A stretch of DNA of 64,000 nt, taken from positions 13,144,001 through 13,208,000 of the forward strand of contig CM022675.1 of the NCBI GenBank assembly GCA_012295275.1. Reading direction: 5' to 3'. Within the stretch, counting starts at the first letter, position 1, and each line of letters begins with the position of its first letter. A program made the position numbers and the translations under genes. This stretch comes from Chrysomallon squamiferum (Eukaryota; Animalia; Mollusca). The notes under the pieces are model-generated. The model was given only the letters and a program-made list of their open reading frames with translations. It was not told the DNA's origin and made no database searches. Shown in pieces: positions 59,316 through 64,000 of this stretch.

Positions 59316-60278
59316 AGAATCAACAAACCGAATTTATTATTATCCTGTTAAAAGTTCAGACGATCTTTATTGCAGAACCATAACTGGTACACAAGTGTAC
59401 AGAAATACATATCTGACATTTACAGAGTAGGTTTCTGCTTTTCCAGCTGTATAGATTTCCAGCGGGCAGCTTGTCGTTATCTCAGGTATTGTATCAGCCT
59501 CCCTACAGCTAGCTGTGTCCAAATTTAATTTGAATCAAACAGACCGTAACGAAGAATAAAAGAAAATGGCAGCTTTAATAGAATTTCTTCAATCAGCGAA
59601 AGAGATATTATATTAGTGTCAGTGACAAGTAATACTACGTCTTAGGTACCGTTGTAGAAATCGGTTTATATACTTCTTTGTGCTTTTATGTGTGTGAGTG
59701 TGTGTGTTTATGGTCTTTATTTATTTTATTTATTTCATATTTGTTTATTGGTTGGTTTACAAATACATACACATACACATATTTGTTTATGTATTTGTTT
59801 CATCTATTTAAATAACAATACTGACTGAATTTTAAAAAGTATATATTTTGTGCGTGATTACGAGAGTTTCTCTATACGTGTGCGTGTTGTGTGACTGTAT
59901 TTTCTTTCTTCTTTGAAAACATATAAAGAAATAAAGAAAGAAAGAAAGAAAGAAAATGTCAACGAATAACGAAACAAAATATTTAAAAAGAAAGTTACTT
60001 AAATATAATATTTGGCATAAGTTATCAGTTTCTTTTCTTGACAACATTTTGTGGACAGTAGAAAAAAATTCAGGACTTATTGATTTTCAAATATTATATG
60101 ATCTACATTTCAATATTTCAATACAAAAGTAATTAAAGTAAATCAGACATAAATTGAATGAACGATAAATGTGTTACTGGTGGTTTCCATAATTTTCATA
60201 CTGTGTATTTCTATTTGATTATAATTTGATACAGATACTGAAATAGTGAAATGAGAGAAACATAGAGACACAGAGTGA

Positions 60279-60445
<167 letters not shown>

Positions 60446-60455
60446 TCACTGGATT

Positions 60456-60540
<85 letters not shown>

Positions 60541-61286
60541 GAGAGACAGAGAGAGAGAAGATATGTATGTATATATGTATGTATGTATGCATGTATAAAA
60601 GTAAATGTATGTCATGTTTATCTGTGTGTGTACATGTATGTGTGTGCGCATGTATATGTGATTATGTATGTGTAAGAGTATGTGTATATGCGTATCTATT
60701 ATGCATACGATATGAATGTTTTTGTCTAGGTAATACGCATGCCTGTAAATGATCGTACAGATGAATAAGTTTAAGCTATTAAGTGAATCATTAACGAAAA
60801 CTGACACCATTTACCATTACGTCACTCCAGGCAGAGATCGACTTAACGGAAAGTTAATAAGAAGAATTTAAAGATTATTTAATTAATAACTTAGGAGGAT
60901 TAACGTCATATCATGAAATGACGTACTATCGTAGATTAACCGTAGGCAGTTTGCTTATTGTACGTAGAAGAAGATTTGAAACAATTTTATATCTTTTTAA
61001 TAAAACGATTTAACTAACAATAAAGAGAAGAAGACAGACGGACAGACAGAAACAGGTGGACACAAAGAAAGACAGGGAGAAAATGAGAAAGATAAAGATA
61101 GAAAGAGAAACAGAGACTGACTGTTTTGTGGACAGATTGGCATGTTATAAACAGTCGATAAAAAGATATTTGAATAGAAAAACAATGGAAAAAAGAAGAC
61201 ACGGAAGATAGATATAAATGCACTCAGGGAAATATAGCGACAGAGAGAGACAGAGAGGGATGGAAAGAGAAAGACGGAGAGAAATG

Positions 61287-61374
<88 letters not shown>

Positions 61375-61549
61375 AACTGTATTCTTTACGCAGTAGAAAT
61401 TCACTGAATTGAAAAAAAAGCCACCAAACGATCCGCAGAGATCAGATTTTCATACTTCAGCATTTGTTACCGCGAACTGCCCTCAACAGGTTGCTTCTTC
61501 ACGAAGAGTAGATCATTGTCACAGTAGACTCTGAGGATTTCACTCACAT

Positions 61550-61625
61550 ATCTGCGTAATAAGAGTCGAGCCTAATAGGCTTAGGGTTCAAATCCCAGAA
61601 GGGAAGAGAACGACTGATTGACGCA
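61550..61625 (+). mobile_element. Possible degenerate SINE/tRNA-like head
   Basis: B-box-like GGTTCAAATCCC at ~61585-61596; no convincing A-box or cloverleaf. Confidence 0.2.
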
Positions 61626-61977
61626 GTTTTTCACAAGATTTGTCGTGATGAAGGAACCAAAGAAATTGTGAAAATAATTTGCGAAGACAAATCTTTATCT
61701 CCTAACTTGATAAAGCAATTTGATTTAAACGTTTTCACTCGAAATATGATTGCATGTGGAAGAAATGGATATTTAGAGATGTAAAAACAGAGAAAAATAT
61801 GAAGATATATATATATATTTATTTATGTGTGTATGTGTTTGGTAGAGAGAAGAATCAATGTGAAAATGTTTCATATTAAATCAAATTAATATTGAAACAA
61901 TTCATACACACGAAGCATTTATAATCGAAACATTAATTTTGAGATGTTTTAAAACTGAAAAATAAAATGCTTAAAAG

Positions 61978-62150
61978 TTTAATATTGAATTATTTAACAA
62001 CAATATTAAACATTTTAATATTAAAATATCTCTATATTAAAATATCTCAATATTAAAATATCTCGTTATTAAAATATCTCAATATTAAAAGGTTTCAATA
62101 TTAGTATGTTTCAATATTATAAAATTTCAGTATTAAAACTTTTCAATACT
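61978..62150. repeat. ~15-bp AT-rich tandem repeat (aatattaaaatatct)
   Basis: Direct reading. Confidence 0.75.
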
Positions 62151-62753
62151 GAAAGATTTCAGCATATATCAAATATTTGACATTCTGAAAACAATATTCT
62201 TTGTACTTTGAAAGTACAAAACACGTTTTAAATTCTTTCTTGAACAAATAAAACAAAGATGAAACACAAAGCAGCCGCGTAGATTCAGTTGCTGTTGCTG
62301 TTGGTGATAGATATATGGTCTCTGATCTGGTATTCGGAGTTTTTTTCTTTTCGTTGTTTCTGTTTCTTTTAGTTGTTTTCGTTTGTTTGTTGTTGTTGGG
62401 TTGTTTTTTGTTGTTGTTGTTTTGTTGTTGTTGTTGTTGTTGTTTTTCGTACACTAACGCAGCTACGATTTCCTCGATAATCTTTCCAGGCTGCTCTACC
62501 TGTTTGCAACATTCAGACTAGAATTAAATTCTATTTTCTTTTTGTTTTTGCGTAACTTGTTTTTATTCTTTTCTTATCTTCTTCACCTTTTATATATGTA
62601 TTTTATTGTAATTTGTATTTTATTATTATTAATATATTTTTTCCCGCAAATGCAAACTGTTGTTGAAATCATGGTAATAATATTTGTACTTGTGTGAACT
62701 GAAAAGTAAAACAGAAAGAAAAAAAGAATCATGAACGAAGAAGATTACAAGGA

Positions 62754-62837
<84 letters not shown>

Positions 62838-63622
62838 ACGCACACACACACACACATATATATATATATACGTAAATAAAAGACATATTAATGAACAACA
62901 ACAGTATCATCGACGTTTGCTTATTAAATCTAAAAGAATAACAAATTAACAACACAAACAAACTCCAGCCTCACTGAACTTCGCATTAATTAAATTTGTC
63001 ACACAAACACTCTCACGTTTCCCAATGTCGGTAAATCTAGATATATCTTTTTCTTTTTTAATAACAATGGCGTTTTGTCAGCTCTCGCTTTCACAGTTTG
63101 ACATTTCCCTTGAGGACACCTGATTGAGGGACTCTGAGAGAATAAATAAAGTCTTCCAAATGAAAAACCTGAAGACATAAGAGCGATATTTTATTATTCT
63201 TTTTAAACGTAAAAAAAAAAGAAAAAGAAAACAAACAAAAAAATCTAATAAATGGAAATGTTAAAGTCTCGACAAAATTAATATTTTTATTATTTATTCT
63301 AATCTTTTTTCTTTTCTTTTTTTCTTTTCTTTTTCTTTTCTTAATACATTGTTCTTTTACAGTATTTCCAGACACTATGTTATTTAATGAAAAACTAAAA
63401 CAGAAAACAAAAAAACAATATATATATATATTTCATAACACGTATTACGGACATTTACTTGTGACACTTTTCTCGTCTTGTTTTTAATAACTGTTGTCGT
63501 TGTTGTTGCTACGTATGTCGTTGTTAGGGCTGCTGGTACTCTTGTTGTTGTTGACATTTTGTTATTTGTTATCATAAATGTTATTATAAATCACTATTGG
63601 GGTTGTTAGTACTTTTATCAGT

Positions 63623-63814
63623 GTATGGTATGCTATGCTATGTTATGGTATGGTAGTTTATGGTATAGTATGATATGATATGGTATGGTTTGATGCTATA
63701 GTGTGGTATGGAGTGTTATGGTGTGGTAAAGTGTGGTAAGATATAGTAGGGTATGGTGTGGTATGGTGTGGTAAGATATGGTATAATATGGTATGGTATG
63801 GTATGGTATGGTAT
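63623..63814. repeat. (TGGTA)n-type pentanucleotide satellite
   Basis: Direct reading; degenerate at the 5' end and pure at the 3' end. Confidence 0.85.
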
Positions 63815-64000
63815 GTGTGAGACAAAATTAATGGCATCACAGATTTGAAATTATTTTGTCTGGTACAAAATATATTAAATCGTTTAATCTGTTATCGAGT
63901 TATATATGACTTGATGACGTTAGTTGCTATGAAATGGCATTATATGTTTATTTTTGCTTTGGTTTTTGCTTCTTTTTTTTTTTTTTTTTTTTTTTTTTTT

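Overview
Eukaryotic, very AT-rich, gene-poor animal DNA, probably a lophotrochozoan such as a mollusc (inferred from the neuropeptide family). It is saturated with (GA)n, (TAA)n, (TAG)n, (CA)n and (TA)n microsatellites, and almost every ORF in the supplied track is a repeat artefact. One convincing gene is present: a minus-strand secreted neuropeptide precursor (ATG 13643). It has a signal peptide, a 28-aa four-cysteine peptide ending HFA-GKR (HFAamide type, C-x3-C...C-x-C) and a CpG-rich upstream block. Other elements are an isolated phase 1-1 calcium-binding EGF exon that has lost Cys3 (28263-28388), two tRNA-derived SINE copies, two families of short repeats attached to (GA)n tracts, a ~98-nt near-perfect hairpin, an old ~510-bp tandem duplication and several minisatellites. 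The non-repetitive blocks between the microsatellites contain at least 14 TGACGTCA (CRE) palindromes, several RFX X-box-like motifs and perfect DR1 and DR5 nuclear-receptor elements, which suggests an extended regulatory landscape. All calls were made by eye; no searches were run.
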